Of a stretch of 64,000 nucleotides of DNA, positions 1 to 13,560 are shown one piece after another (the first letter of the stretch is position 1; each line of letters starts with the position of its first letter). Below the pieces are notes generated by a model. That model did not search any database, was not told where the DNA came from, and saw only the letters and a program-made list of their open reading frames with translations. Made by a program: the position numbers and the translations under genes. This stretch comes from Negaprion brevirostris. Taxonomy: Eukaryota. The stretch spans positions 54,119,144 through 54,183,143 of the forward strand of contig JARDVH010000084.1 of NCBI GenBank assembly GCA_030324005.1, written 5' to 3'.

Positions 1-100
1 TGGATTTGTGGATAGCGATGAGGACCATCAGAGGATACAGCAGGATATAGATCAGTTGGAGACTTGGGCAGAGAGATAGCAGATGGAGTTTAATCTGGAA
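1..100 (+). mobile_element. CR1 LINE RT fragment
   Basis: encodes IQQDIDQLETWAER.QMEFN, a CR1 RT motif also seen at 26355. Confidence 0.7.
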
Positions 101-523
101 AGATAAAATAGAGAATTTGAGGGCGGAAATTGGAGAGCTTAGGGCCTTCAGCCCATCATGTCTGTGATAGTCATCAAACACCTGTCTATTTTAAAAATTA
201 ATTCACTTTTAAATTCTACCAACTGCCATGTTGGGATTTGAACCCATGTCCTTTGCGCAATAGCCTTGGCCTCTGGATTACTAAACCAATGACATTATCA
301 CTACACCACTGTCTCTCCTAATTACAAGTTTAAGTGATTACAAGTTGCATCTCTGTTGAATAGTAACTATCTTTCTACCAAATAAATTTAGGTATAATGG
401 TAGCAACTTACTGCTATTTAAGTTTGGCCACAAAAGTCACTTTTTCCTTTAAAAATGTGAAAGTTTTTGGCTTATGACGAACGGTAAATTAAACATTTCA
501 TTGTTGAGCGATGAGAGATTTAT

Positions 524-719
524 GGGCCAGAATTTTTCCAGCCAATCTTCCTGTCCCACCAATGGTGAACCCCCGCCACCAGTTTCCTGGCAGCAGAGGG
601 TACGTAGAGCAGGAAACCCTGTTGACAGTGGTGGGGTGAGAAGATCCCTCTGCTGGCCAATTGCTGATCACTTCTGTCACTGCGAATCATACTGTGGGGA
701 GACATGGAAAATCCCGCCC
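524..719. mobile_element. MITE-like non-autonomous DNA element
   Basis: imperfect terminal inverted repeats GGGCCAGAATTTTTCC ... GGAAAATCCCGCCC, GC-rich interior. Confidence 0.5.
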
Positions 720-1431
720 ACTGTCTTTCAAGTAGGCTGTTGGTTTTAAAGTAGGTTTGATAAACATTACTGAAACCAGCATGGGGAATTTTCCCTCTGG
801 CAGATTCAAGTAATGATATCATGAAATCTTTGGTATGTGTGAGATTTTGTGTGGGTGCAGGAGAGAGGATTTAAAAGTGACCTTTCTGATGTGACTCAAA
901 GATGACTCGTTATTTTACAGTCTTTTCCAATTTGCATATAATAGAAGCATATGTGGCAATGTATGTTTAGAAGTTCGCACAAGTAACGTGTGGTTGAAAT
1001 TAAATTCTCTTCAGTTGTTGGTGAAAAACAGGGTTGCATTGGGTACCAAACTTGAAATGGGCTGAAGGTCTCATCTTTTTCGCCTGCTGCCTACAAGAGG
1101 ATAAAATCCTACTTGGTAGCTGAATAAATGTCAGTGGTAATTTCTCTCCATGTTTCAATTTGGTACATGGAAATGATTTGGTAAGGCTTAAGTGTTTAGC
1201 TCGAGTGAAAGAACAACCCTTTTTTTTTAAACTGTTTTAACAGTTTTAAAACATTTTGAATGGTATTGCATTGCTTTGTGTTAGAATTTGGCACAAATGA
1301 TAGGTCTTTACTGATATTATTTTCCAGTACTGCAGACTGACCTCACAATTGCTCTTTATGTACATGCTCAGAAAGTCGCACTAGAAACTATGTATTGAGT
1401 CACTGAATTGTTGGAAAGAATTTTCTACAAG

Positions 1432-2577
1432 TGTTATGATACCAGTTGATATAACTNNNNNNNNNNGGATGGGAAGATCCCAGAATGGAACCCTGGCTCA
1501 AAAGACCAAAATGTTTTCTTGTGGATGAACAGGGTCACAGGACTTCTAATTAGTTTTAATACAAGGTGGGGGAGGCATTTATTAAACATGGAATAATTGG
1601 ATTATAATACTCCTTTACTCCCCTTTTCAGCTTAACCATTTTAAGATTTTATGGTTAACGTGAATTACAAAGTTGAACGAGAATGGTCTCGTTAACACAC
1701 ACAGTCCAATTTTAAAGTACACAGATGGGATGTGGGAAAATAAACTTTCTGGACATAAGTTAGTGTTTGTGGATTTCTCCTCCGCATCCCTCCAGATGAT
1801 TGTTTCCAAATTTCACTCCCAAAAACCTTCCCCCATAATAATGCTTTTCATTAGCAGATTGCATTCTGAAATCCACTCCAGGTTTTACAAATAACACTTT
1901 TAAACAAAGTTTTTCCTCCATCTTTACCAGCAAATCCACTCCAGGAGTTTGCACCAACTCCTTTGTTTTAACTGCTTTTACAAACCAATGCTGATATCCA
2001 GCTATTGTTTACTCCACAATTATTTCAATTAACCTGTCACAAACTGTAGTAAGATATCACAAATCTTAGAACCATTTTCTGACTTCTCACTAGCCAGTTC
2101 CTTTTCGGTCCTGTGACTTGAACAGTATCCTGGTCTGTTCCCAGTTCCTCTGTGTTTTAATTTCAGTCTTCCTGGAAACTCTGCTTCATTTCTCTAGGTT
2201 CTTGATAATTTAGGTTTCTGGCATTGCCTTTCTTAACCATTACTCCATTGNNNNNNNNNNTATGGGTTTTCTTCCAGCAAAGCTGAGAGAAGTTTTGTCT
2301 CTGGCTGCCTGTCACCAACTGCTCTGGCTTCCAGTTAAAACTAAAGAACACAGGAAAATTTGTTTTAGCATATAAGAGCCTTTAGTTGCTAAGCAATGCC
2401 ACAACTATATTCTTCACATCGTAAATCTCTCTGAGCACAGTATCCCAACTGGAATCGAAACCAACCCCTACACTTATAAAGACATTTTTCGAACATGAAT
2501 CAAACTACAGTACTTTCCAGACACAGAGGGATTAAATTAAACCCACCTAAAACTATACCTTGTTCTAAAGTTTATCA
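1432..2577 (-). mobile_element. Probable solo LTR
   Basis: begins TGTTATGATACCAG, the reverse complement of an LTR-like end similar to 26320-26332; A/C-rich, opposite to the host intron skew; boundaries approximate. Confidence 0.35.
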
Positions 2578-2842
2578 GATAGTTTTAAGGGATTTTTATG
2601 CTATCAATGGTGTCTGAGCACAAGGGGCCAGTCTACTCTATTGTAAAGCAGTTGTCGCTCCAGCAAGATGTAATTATAACAAGAAGGACCTGTATTTATA
2701 TAGCACTTTCAAACCATTGGGTATCTCAAAACACTTTACAATGTAATACTTTTGAAGTGTATACACAGTTGTAATATAGAATGTAATGTCTGGTGTGATT
2801 GTGTCCTTTACCTTGACCTTAAATTTAATACTTTTCTTGCAG

Positions 2843-2888
2843 AGATCAAGTACTAGAGATGTTTGATCATGCTTATCAAAATTATATG
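2843..2888 (+). CDS. EDEM3: EDEM3 coding exon (human exon 2 equivalent)
   Basis: ttttcttgcAG acceptor, GTaagt donor; 46 nt; reads (x)DQVLEMFDHAYQNYM, the start of the GH47 domain. Confidence 0.95.
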
Positions 2889-4160
2889 GTAAGTTTCACC
2901 AACCCTTACTTATTGAGATTCCTTTCATTTATATTGCATTTAATTTTTTTAGGTAGCATATCAAAGTGCTACATTTAATGATACTGGTTATATTTCTATA
3001 CTGATGTTAATGCATGAGTAGTTACCATGCCAGGGTTGAAAGATTCTGGAGTGGGAAAGTCTGTTGTATCTCCAAGGCAACTGAAGCAGCACTTCGACTG
3101 CAAATTCCAACTTTAAACCATTTCAAAACATCTCGTCTCTGTAATTATCAACCTCTAGCCAATAACACAGTATCATAGCAGCCTTGTTGCTGCAATTATG
3201 GTAGCAAAAAATTAATGTTTTGAAATTTGAAAGATTTCATTTATTTGGAAACAGTTTGAGAATTTAAAGATGAAAAAATACTGAGTTGCCTATAAAATGT
3301 GCTTTGTTTTCTTGTTGTGATTTAGTATTTTTGCACTGTGCATTTTCAAGTCTGAGCCAAAGTCAGCATATTGAAGCACTGAACTGGTTCAGCAAATTTA
3401 CAAGTGTGGCAGTAAAGCCAGAGACTGATGAATATGAGTTCCCACTGCCTATATGGAAGACCATAATTATATAATTTGCTATTGCAATCAATTGCATATT
3501 ATGATACTGCAATGATATAAAGGTGCTGTTTAATACTTTAGAGAAATATGAATAGAAGGCATTATTGTATTGCCTAGAAGTCATATTTAGTCAAGGCAGT
3601 AGCAAAACTATTGGCCACCTTCCAGCTGCTGGTTCTACCATTATAAAAGACCAGTGTTTAATATTAGGGAGCAAGGTGAAAGAAATATTCATTATGGGGT
3701 TCATTTTTGTTTTTGATTACTTTTGAGCAACAATTTCACTACATCCTATTTTTGTCTGGAAATTTGCACGTGCCACGGTTTCTCCAGGGATTAATGAAAG
3801 GAGGATTCATAATCAAAACTCACATTGTTAGGGAGTTAACTATTTGTGCTTTTCTTATTGTTTGACTTTGCCTGGGAAGACCATATCAAAGCTGTCACTG
3901 TTTTTCAGTGCTTTAACTATATAAACGTTTATAATTCGCAGCAGCCTGTCAGCATATGATTCAGTGAGGTTGTTATGTGACATTAGTTGAATCCCATTAT
4001 ACTTACAGTTACATAATGTGACTTTGTGTCACCCACAGGTGCAATTCATGTGAAATGTTGCAATAATTTACTTTTTTTAAGTTGTTACAAATGAGTGACA
4101 ATCAGTTCAGGTAGTAAATCCCTTGAGTTAAAAGATACTACACTATGAAAATGAGCTTTC

Positions 4161-5750
4161 TGCTATTATCTATTATCAAGAATTTCATAACTCATCACAT
4201 GGAAGGCAGTGGTCTAATCAGACAAAGTCAGTGTGGATTTACAAAAGGAAAATCATGCTTGATGAACCTATTGGAATTTTTTGAGGATGTACCTAGTCGA
4301 GTTGACCGAGGAGAACCACTGGATGAAGTTTATTTAGACTTTCAGAAGGTACATAGAACATAGAACATTACAGCGCAGAACAGGCCCTTCGGCCCACGAT
4401 GTTGCGCCGACCAGTTACAAAAACNNNNNNNNNNNNNNNNNNNNNNNNNNNNNNNNNNNNNNNNNNNNNNNNNNNNNNNNNNNNNNNNNNNNNNNNNNNN
4501 NNNNNNNNNNNNNNNNNNNNNNNNTACCACACCTCCGACCTTGGTGTCATCAGCAAATTTACTGATCCACCCAACTATACCCTCATCCAGATCATTAATA
4601 AGGTTTCACATAACAAACTACTGTGCAAAGATAAAGCACATGAGGTTGCAGGCAATATCTTGAGATGGATAGAAAGCTGGTTAACAGATAGGAAGCAAAG
4701 AGTTAGCATAAATGAGTCATTTCTTGATTGGCAGTCAGTGACTAGTGGGGTTCTGCAGGGATCTGTGCTAAGACCCCAACTGTTCATATACTCATAATTT
4801 GGAAGAGGGAACTTGAATGTATTATCTTCAAATTTGCAGATGTTGCAAAGTTGGGTTGGAGGGGGAGTCGTGAGAATAATGCAAAGATGCTTTGGCGTGA
4901 TTTCGATAGGCTGAGTGTGTGGGCATCTACGTGGCAGATGCAGTATAATGTGGATAAATATGAGGTTATTTATTTTGGTAGCAATAATAGGAAGATAGAT
5001 TATTATTTGAATGGGTGTAAATTAAGAGAGGTGGATACTCAATGGGACCTTGGCGTCCTCGTGCATCAGTCATTGAAAGTAAACGTGCAGGTACGGTAAG
5101 CAGGAAAAAAGGCAAATGGTATGTTGGCCTTCATAGCGAGAGGATTTGAATATAGAAATAGGGATGTTTTGCTGCAATTGTACAAGCGTTGGTGAGGCCA
5201 TACCTGGAGTATTGAGTGCAGTTTTGGTATTCTTAACTGAGGTAGGATGCTCTTGCTATAGAGAGGGTATAGCGACTGTTTGCCAGGCTGATTCCTGGGA
5301 TGGTAGATCTGTCATATGAAGAGAGACTAACTTGTTTAGTATTCACTGGAGTTNNNNNNNNNNNNNNNNNNNNNNNNNNNNNNNNNNNNNNNNNNNNNNN
5401 NNNNNNNNNNNNNNNAAAGAATGTTCCCAGTGGTGGGGGAGTCCAGAACTAGGGGTCATAGTTTGAGGATAAGGGGTAAACCTTTTAGAACTGAGGTAAG
5501 GAGAAATTTATTCACCCAGAGGATGGTAAATGTGTGGAATTCACTACCGCAGAATGTAGTTGAGGCCAAAACATTGTCTGATTTCAAAAAATTATTATAT
5601 ATAGCTCCAGGGGCTAAAGGGATCAAGGGATATGGGAGGAAGAGCAGATCAGGTTATTTAATTTAATGATCAACCATGATCAAGATGAATGGTGGAGCAG
5701 GCTCCAAGGACCAAATGGCCCATTGCTGCTTGTAGCTTCTATTTTCTTTG
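4161..5750 (+). mobile_element. 5'-truncated CR1 LINE (RT to 3' tail), with a second CR1 inserted on the minus strand at about 4352-4597
   Basis: GFTKGKSCLMNLLEFFEDV, VYLDFQK, SGVLQGSVL, TRGHSLRI, RNLFTQRMVNVWNSLP motifs with stops and frameshifts; the nested piece starts with the catagaacatagaaca tail. Confidence 0.9.
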
Positions 5751-7187
5751 TCTTGCACAGTAGTGTGGGCCTGCTGTTGACTGAAAAGAATATGTAGATT
5801 TGCATCATTGTAAAAGCCATTATATCTGGTGCAATGTTGGTGTTATTAGCACTTTTCAATGGAAGAGTTGACATTTTACCAGCAAATAAGATTTAATATT
5901 ACTTTTTCCAAGGTGGAAATGTAATCTGAAAAAAAATCCCAACCCTGTCCACGAAGTAGAAAGTAATTGCTTTAGCCAGCTCAAGTCTCTTGAAATAGTG
6001 CCAGACGTGAAAGTTCAGATAGCACATTCCCTACATTATTGTCTTTCTAGTTCTCAGCCATGTCAGTTTTTTATTGCTGTAGCTTTTATTATGTTTTTGG
6101 GATTATCATAAACTTGAACAATACAAACATGTACTTGCCTAATTAACAAACAACCTATCATTGGCTCTGATTGTTTTGTGTTGGGGATAGGCAGGTGAGT
6201 AGTTATTTCAATCTTGAGTTTCAGTCTTTTACTTTGTTGCTGAGCTCACGTGGTCACTCTATAGTTAAGCAGGATATGAGCGACTGGATAAACAAGTCAC
6301 AGTTCCGTAATAGGACTTTTAAGCTATTGTAAAAGGCATCAAGTTCTGAATCAATTTTTTAAAAATCTCCAAAGGTATTCAAAAGAAGGAATTTGTTATA
6401 ATTTTTTCTTTTCTATATTTATAAAGTTGCAAGTCTTACAAATGCAAATATCACTCTTAAATATCTGTTGGGCAAAAAGAATATATTGGGGTCCAACTTG
6501 CACATCAGAAAATTGAATTTTAATAAGCAAATACAGAATGCCAGTAGCTTGTCACTTTTAACACATTTGTAAAGCTCACAACATCCTCCATTGGTAAAGA
6601 ACCATTTAAAATATTTTGCTTGAGGTAAAATATGTTTAAATGTACTTTTTGGATAGTATTGCAAATACTCTATTAGCCACTGCGGGTAACTTGTAATTGT
6701 TGTTTCTTTGGTCAGGGTTGTTAGGTTTGTGATACACTGCTGTTTTAGACTTGTTTCACTGCAGCGCGCAGCTGTCACAAGCTTGGACAAAAAGATAATT
6801 GCAAAAGCAGGTTCACGTGCAAATTCCAAATAAAAATTGATCTGAGTGCTCCAATTAAATACTTATGAAGTTTGAAATAGTGAATCTCGCTTTTACTTGT
6901 TGGATCTATGGTATTGCATGAATTTCATTGATGGATGCTTTGAGAGATTCATTGTGTGACCTATTTGTGTACAGGTTCAGCTTGTGACAGAACGGGGGAT
7001 TTGTTCAATCTTTGTAAAGTTTAATGGGTTGCAGACTCAAATTGCATTATTTGAACAGAAGTAGAACAGCATACCTTATACTTTATTGGTCAGGATATTG
7101 GTGGTCTTAACTTGCATACCTTTTACTTCCTATTGAGTTAAATTTTCAGAATTAAAAAGATTGACTTCAGTTTTTGGATTGATGCAG

Positions 7188-7288
7188 GAACATGCTTATC
7201 CAGCTGATGAACTAATGCCTTTGACATGTCGTGGTCGTGTGCGTGGTCTGGAACCTAGCCGTGGTGATGTGGATGATGCGCTTGGCAA
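7188..7288 (+). CDS. EDEM3: EDEM3 exon 3
   Basis: gatgcAG / GTtagt; 101 nt; [33 protein letters not shown](K). Confidence 0.97.
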
Positions 7289-7467
7289 GTTAGTGTTTTG
7301 TTAAGTAACTTTCACTACCAATCTCAGCAACTGATCTTGCATAAACTGAAGAAAATGTGGCATGAAGATGAAGGTAGAATTTAACAGTAGATATGTTTTG
7401 AATGCTGTAATTAATGAATGATATTTCAGAAATACAGGAAGTCCAGCTGCTCACACTGAGATTTTTT

Positions 7468-8180
7468 GTATTCATTCATGGGATATGGGCACTGCTGGCT
7501 GGGCCAGCATTTATTGCTCATCACCTAATAGTCCTTGAACTGAGTGACATTTCAGAGGCTATTTAAGAATCAACCACTTTTTTTTATTATTCATACATGG
7601 GACATGGGTGTTGCTGGCTGGTCAGCATTTATTGCCTGTTCCTAGTTGCCCTTGAAAGGTAGTTGAGAGTCAACCACATTGGCTGTGGCTCTGGAGTCAC
7701 ATGTAGGCCAGATTAGGTAAGGATGGCAGATTTCCTTCCCTGAAGGACGTTAGTATCCAGATGGATTTTTCTGACAATCGATAATGGTTTCATGGCCATC
7801 AGTAGATGCTTCATTCCAAATTTTTTATTGAATTCAGATTCCACCATCTGCCTTGGCAGGATTTGAACCTGGATCTCCAGAACATTAGCTGACCTTCTGG
7901 ATTAATAGTCAAGTGATAATACCACTAGTCCATCGCCTTCCACATTGCTGTGGACATGTAGGTCAAACCAGTTAAGGAGGGCGGATTTTCCTTCCCTAAA
8001 GGGATATTAGTGCACCAGACGGGTTTTTATGACAATTGACAATAGTTTCATGGTCATCGTTATAGACTTTTAATTCCAGATTTATATTGCATTCAAATTT
8101 CAACATAGATTTGAACCCTGTTTCCCAGAGCATTACCTTGGATCTCTGGATTACGAGGCCAGTGACAATGCCACTATGCC
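7468..8180 (-). mobile_element. Two nested tRNA-derived SINEs of one family (DeuSINE/LF-SINE-like); inner copy about 7578-7940
   Basis: tail ttcatggga.atggg..ctgctggct..cagcatttattgc occurs twice; B-box-like gatttgaacc twice; the outer copy resumes at cacattgctgtgg. Confidence 0.75.
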
Positions 8181-9117
8181 ACTGCATTCCACATGAAGAC
8201 ATCAGATTTATATTCCTCCTTTTGCCAACTGACCTGCAGGAGTCTGGTGATGCAAAGAGTACTTTTGAGTCTCGCAGTGGTTTGTGGTACAACAAGCACT
8301 CCATGGCTATTAGTGGGATCCAAGCCTATTACCAGTACAACATGGTTTCTTCNNNNNNNNNNTAACATCTAGTGAACTCATTTTGCATGAAACTATTGGG
8401 ACTTTAATTAAAATGTAATGTATTTGACTGTGCATGTAGAATCTGAAAATAGTTATCATCCCAGTTGCAATTGTCTTAAAATTCCCACTGAGACATAAAA
8501 GAGATGTAATTAATTTATATTGTTGGTGACCTAAAATATTTGACAGTTTTAAGTTTAAGTTTATTTATTAGTGTCACCAGTAGGCATACATTAACACTGG
8601 AATAAGAGGAAAAATTTTGTAAATTTATCCAGGTTTGTGCTGTTCCTTTCAGATTGACAGAGTAGGGATAAGGGCAAAAAGCATTTAAGTGGCCTTGCAG
8701 CCAGCTGGAACTTTGGTCGTAGGGCCATATGAAACACTTGTCAGTGGCTTCTTCAGGATTGCAAGCAAGACTGCTCAATGTCTGGTGCAACCAGATGGAA
8801 CATGCATGCTCTGCCCATTTGTACCTGAATTTTGCTGGAGATTTGGAAATCATATTCCACAATTCTGTCAATTTTGCCCTGAAAAACAGAAACCTGTCAG
8901 CATTTAGATCTGTTCCATTGCTAATCTGTATTAAAAGGTACAGTGTATGACCATTTTCCTAGTGACTTTTTTATAACTGGAAAGCTGCCAACAGAATTTT
9001 AAAATTATACAAAAATGGGTTTGAACGATATTGGGTTCAATGTGTGTGCTTGCAGTTGTGTGTATCTAAAACTGTCCTGTTCCATCTTGGATCAAATGTA
9101 ATTACTTTCTTTTTCAG

Positions 9118-9157
9118 ATTTTCTTTGACATTAGTTGACACATTGGACACCCTTGCA
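9118..9157 (+). CDS. EDEM3: EDEM3 exon 4
   Basis: ttttcAG / GTaagt; 40 nt; (K)FSLTLVDTLDTLA; phase matches neighbouring exons. Confidence 0.96.
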
Positions 9158-9240
9158 GTAAGTGAAAGCTACTTTGCTCAAATTTCAACTGTACTGAAAG
9201 ACAAACAGAAATTATTAAACCATATGCTTTTGTGTTGTAG

Positions 9241-9353
9241 TTGCTGAATCAAATAGAAGAATTTGAAGTTGCAGTGCGAAAGGTTATAAGTGATGTTCAC
9301 TTGGATAATGATATTGTAGTCTCAGTCTTTGAGACCAACATTAGGGTGCTTGG
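9241..9353 (+). CDS. EDEM3: EDEM3 exon 5 (VFETNIR catalytic Glu motif)
   Basis: tgttgtAG / GTaagt; 113 nt; [37 protein letters not shown](G); follows an 83-nt intron. Confidence 0.97.
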
Positions 9354-9528
9354 GTAAGTTTTAAGGAAGGTATAATTGAAATTTATTTTGTTTATAGAAC
9401 TCTGCATATTTAGAAAGCACCATGAAAGTGAATTGTGTAAAAGTAATAGTAAAACAAACCTTAGATAATAATGCAAAAACTAGAATTGAATTGATGAAAA
9501 AAGCCAAGTAAAACATTTTATCCACTAG

Positions 9529-9682
9529 GGGTTTGCTGGGAGGCCACACTATGGCTCTGACACTGAAAGAGCAAGGTGATCAGATGCAGTGGTATAATGA
9601 TGAGCTTCTTGACATGGCAAAGGAACTTGGGTACAGGTTACTGCCTGCATTCAACACTACCAGTGGACTTCCCTACCCCAGG
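9529..9682 (+). CDS. EDEM3: EDEM3 exon 6
   Basis: tccactAG / GTgagt; 154 nt; [51 protein letters not shown]. Confidence 0.97.
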
Positions 9683-11755
9683 GTGAGTAATGAACTTTAT
9701 GTAATGTAACAATATATAAATAGTAGATAATCCTCCTAAGGCACATAGCTTTCAGTTAAAACAGGATTAGGTAGTGGGTGATTGTTGGGTCAATGTTGAG
9801 GGGTGACTCTGATGATAGCGACCAGATGTGGGTAGAATTTTTGTGGTGGGTATGATAAAGGGGAAGTGAGGACCGAGCAATGGAGACAGGACAGAAGGAT
9901 GGAGTGGGATGATGGCAACAATTCAGAATAGATGCAGGAAAGGGAGAACAAAAAAAGGAATCGTCTCTGATATTTCTAACAGAAAGAAAATGTTCTCTGC
10001 AATGAGGAAGCTGATATTAAAAGAAAATGTGAATGCAGGCCTAAGTGTATTGGTGCTTATGAATATGCGATGTAGGAGTAAGCCACTCAGCCCCTCAAGC
10101 CTGTCATGCTATTCAATAAGATCATGGCAGATCTGATTGTAAATTCAATCCCACATTCCTGCCTACAGTTGATAACCTTGTTAACCAAGAGGCTATCTAG
10201 CTCTGCCTTAAAAATATTTAAAGCTTTGGAGTTGACTGCAGGAATGTAGGAATGTTGCACAACTTGCTGAGTCTGAGATACTATCTGTTGCTGTTAATGT
10301 TTCAAGAGGGTAGTTTTGCCATGGTGTACAATGTAGGTTCAATTCGCCATTGGAATAGACTTGCAGGCTTTACTACGGAAGTTTTGAAAGCAGCCTAAAT
10401 TCAAGAAGAGGGATTGGGAAAGGAGGTGGATAGTGGGCCAGCATAACCTGTGGGCAGGGATTCCAGGTTNNNNNNNNNNAAAATATTTTCACTGGTGAGA
10501 AAAATGCTTCACTTTGCATGGGTCTGCTGCTTGACTTTTCATTCAACACCAGTCCTGGGGAAATAGAACTGCAGTTTGTCACAAACTAGCAGTGTTGTGG
10601 TCAAAGACACATGCCAGAGGTGTTAGGCCATAACACTGCATTATTGGAGGGAGCTTAAATATTCTGCTCACACTGAGGTGGTATTGGAAAAAATCTCACC
10701 ATGTATTAAAATGTACTTATATTTTCTATTTTTAGAATATTTAAATGTTTGAATATAACTGGTGACAACTTTGTATTGGATGTAATGTGACCATGGTAAC
10801 AAGCTGTAAGGGTCAACTGACCCAGTAAACCATGGAACCAATTTCCAAATGATGTAATGGTTAGCTGACTCACTATAAATAAGAGCCTGTTGAAAATTGT
10901 GGGTAGTTTGGAGTGGCCTAGGGCATGGCACCAAATTTGAAGTAATGAAGTTTCTTTATTAAACCCCTTCTTTGATTTACATGTTGGAGTAAGTTTTGTT
11001 TTTTTTATTGTCTGCATTTGAAGCGTTCCTTATGAACAAGCATTGGTAGCAGAGGTTGGTTGTCTTAAATAATTTTTTTAAAAAGAGTAAAGGGAATCTG
11101 TTAGAATGTAAGCAGTGACAACTTTGGTTTAGATGTAATATGACCAATGCCAACAAGCTGTAAGAGTCAGCTGACCAAGTAAACCATGGAACCAATGATG
11201 TGATGGTCAGCTGGCCTTTTTTTATTGTCTGCATTTGAAGAGTTCCTTCTGAAGAAACGTCAAGGCCATTTTGACTCACTTCGAAGCATATTTGTTAAGG
11301 TTACTGCAAAGTTACTCAATGGTGTTGGTATGGGAATACACTCAGAATAACAGTGACAGAATGTATGCAGCCACTATTCTTTGAACTAACGTTACATGGC
11401 TGTTATAACATTGTAAACAACACTATCACAATGCTACCTGCAGGCATAATTTAGTGCTGCATCTAAACGTCGTCATTTGAAGTTAATTTTCTCATAGACA
11501 ATATCTGATATAGGATTTTTCAATACATTTTGAAGTTGAGTATTACAACCTCTCATTTTTACTATGTAATATAATTTCTGTTTTTGACTAGAGTGCATTG
11601 TTTTATGATGAACTGTAAAAACAATTTATCATCAGTGTTGAATCTAATGGGACTGGCCCATTGAAATAATTATTTGTAAAATAATTATGACTTATGTATA
11701 GTGCTGTGTTTTTTTTCTTTTGCACTTGATTTTAAAAACAAATTTTGAAATACAG

Positions 11756-11890
11756 GTCAATCTGAAATATGGGTTGAGGCGACCAGAAGCCAAAACAGGT
11801 ACAGAAACGGATACCTGTACAGCCTGTGCAGGAACTCTTATTCTGGAGTTTGCAGCTCTTAGCAGACTTTCTGGAGATCCAATTTTTGAG
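11756..11890 (+). CDS. EDEM3: EDEM3 exon 7
   Basis: tacAG / GTgggt; 135 nt; [45 protein letters not shown]. Confidence 0.97.
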
Positions 11891-12629
11891 GTGGGTGGTA
11901 CTATGCCATTAATAGAGAGAAAGAAATTAATACTGTTCAGAATCTGTATAAAATAAATCTAGAGGTGGATGCACTAAATTCAAAAGCAAATTAATAATGG
12001 AACAGAGTTTGTGTTTCACTATCCCAAAGCACAGGTAATGATTCAGCTCCTGATGCCTGTGCCAACTCTGTGGAAGGACTATCCACAATTTTGTTTTCCT
12101 GCATTTTTCCAAAGCTCTTCAATATTGTCTTTTTCAACTATTTATTTTTCTTTCTTTAATACTATTCATGGATCCCGATCGATCCTGTCCATATCATTGT
12201 TTTTGACAGAACATTCCATATGATAATCTTCTGAAAATGACAAAAACATAGCCAAGTTATCCTTTGATTGTTTGTCCTTGTCCTTTAACTCCCTAAGTTA
12301 ACCAGTGGAAGTGGTTTTTTTTTCTCCCTATTTATCTTATTGAAGCTCCTTGTCACTTTGAAAACCTAGTTTAGATCTCATCTTAACCTTCTTGGCTCCA
12401 GAAAGAGTTTTTTCCTCATAACTAACAATAGCCTGGTATCATAATGCTGCACTCTTTCCATAGCACTTGAGTAGGTTATCCAAAATTCAATATATTAATC
12501 TAACCAATGATTTGTAAAAGGTCAGAATTGAAACTAAAATGATTTGTATAAACGTGCATGCTCAAAACGTCTGTTTAGGTTCTAATGTTAATAATGGCTT
12601 TATTCTGTTTAATAAAGGTGCCAGAAATC

Positions 12630-13560
12630 TCAAGATATAGAAGAATCGTAGAATATTACAATACAGAAGGAAACTAATTGACTCTGATTCATTTGAAAGG
12701 CAATTCAGTTAATCCCCATTTCATGGTGTTTGAAGCATATCATATCCCTACAATGCTTTCTCCTTAAAGTATTTGTCCATTCCCTCTTTGATGTCCATTC
12801 CCCTTGTGATGTGTGCTGTAAATCTATACACTCTGCCCTATCGGTCATTGGATTTCAAATGCTAACCAGTAATCGCGTATAAGGTTCTTTCCTCATTACA
12901 TCTGATTCTTTAACCATTTACCTTACATCTATGCAGTCTCGTAATCAACACTTCAGCCACTGGCAACAGGCATTCTGTATTTTAACAAAACTATTTATGG
13001 GTTTAAGCACTTTAGCATATCTTTTCTGAACTTCCTGTGCCCTAAGGAGATCAACCCCGGCTTCTCCAGTCTATTGATGTTACCTCTCCTGAAACCATTC
13101 CAATAAATCTCTGCTGCACACCATTAATGCCTTTGTGACCTTCCTTAAAAATGGAGTCTTGAAGAAACTTAATGTTCAGCTGAAGCCAAACTAGTGTTTT
13201 TCCTGGGTTTGGTATAACTTCCTGGCTTTTGTACTCTTGTAGCTCTGTTTATAAAGCCCAAGATCCCATATGCTTTATTAACTACTTCTTAAACATGTGC
13301 TGCCACCTTCAAAGATTTGTGCCCCAGCATCTGCCCAATCTCTGCTTTTACAGCATAATTGTACCACTTAGTTTTAATTGCTTCTCCTTATTCCAGTTAC
13401 CAACATATATGGCTTTATACTTGCCTGTGATTAATTTCATCTGCCATGTGTCCTCCTATTTCACTAGCTTGACTATGTCCTCCTAAAGTCTATTCCTATC
13501 TTCCTCTTGATCCTACTTTCAAGTTTTATGTCATCTGCAAATTTCAAATGTGCACAAGTC
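12630..13560 (-). mobile_element. Old degraded CR1 LINE fragment
   Basis: gtcatctgcaaattt (KFADD on the minus strand) near 13530 and CR1 3'-end-like sequence at 12630-12700. Confidence 0.6.

Noticed and set aside
3040-3075. KDSGVGKSVV reading, resembling the start of the missing exon 9 (RKDSGVGAG) or a Rab P-loop
   Set aside because: Similarity stops after 6 residues, it lies in intron 2 (wrong position), and there is no DSYYEY or convincing splice context; chance.
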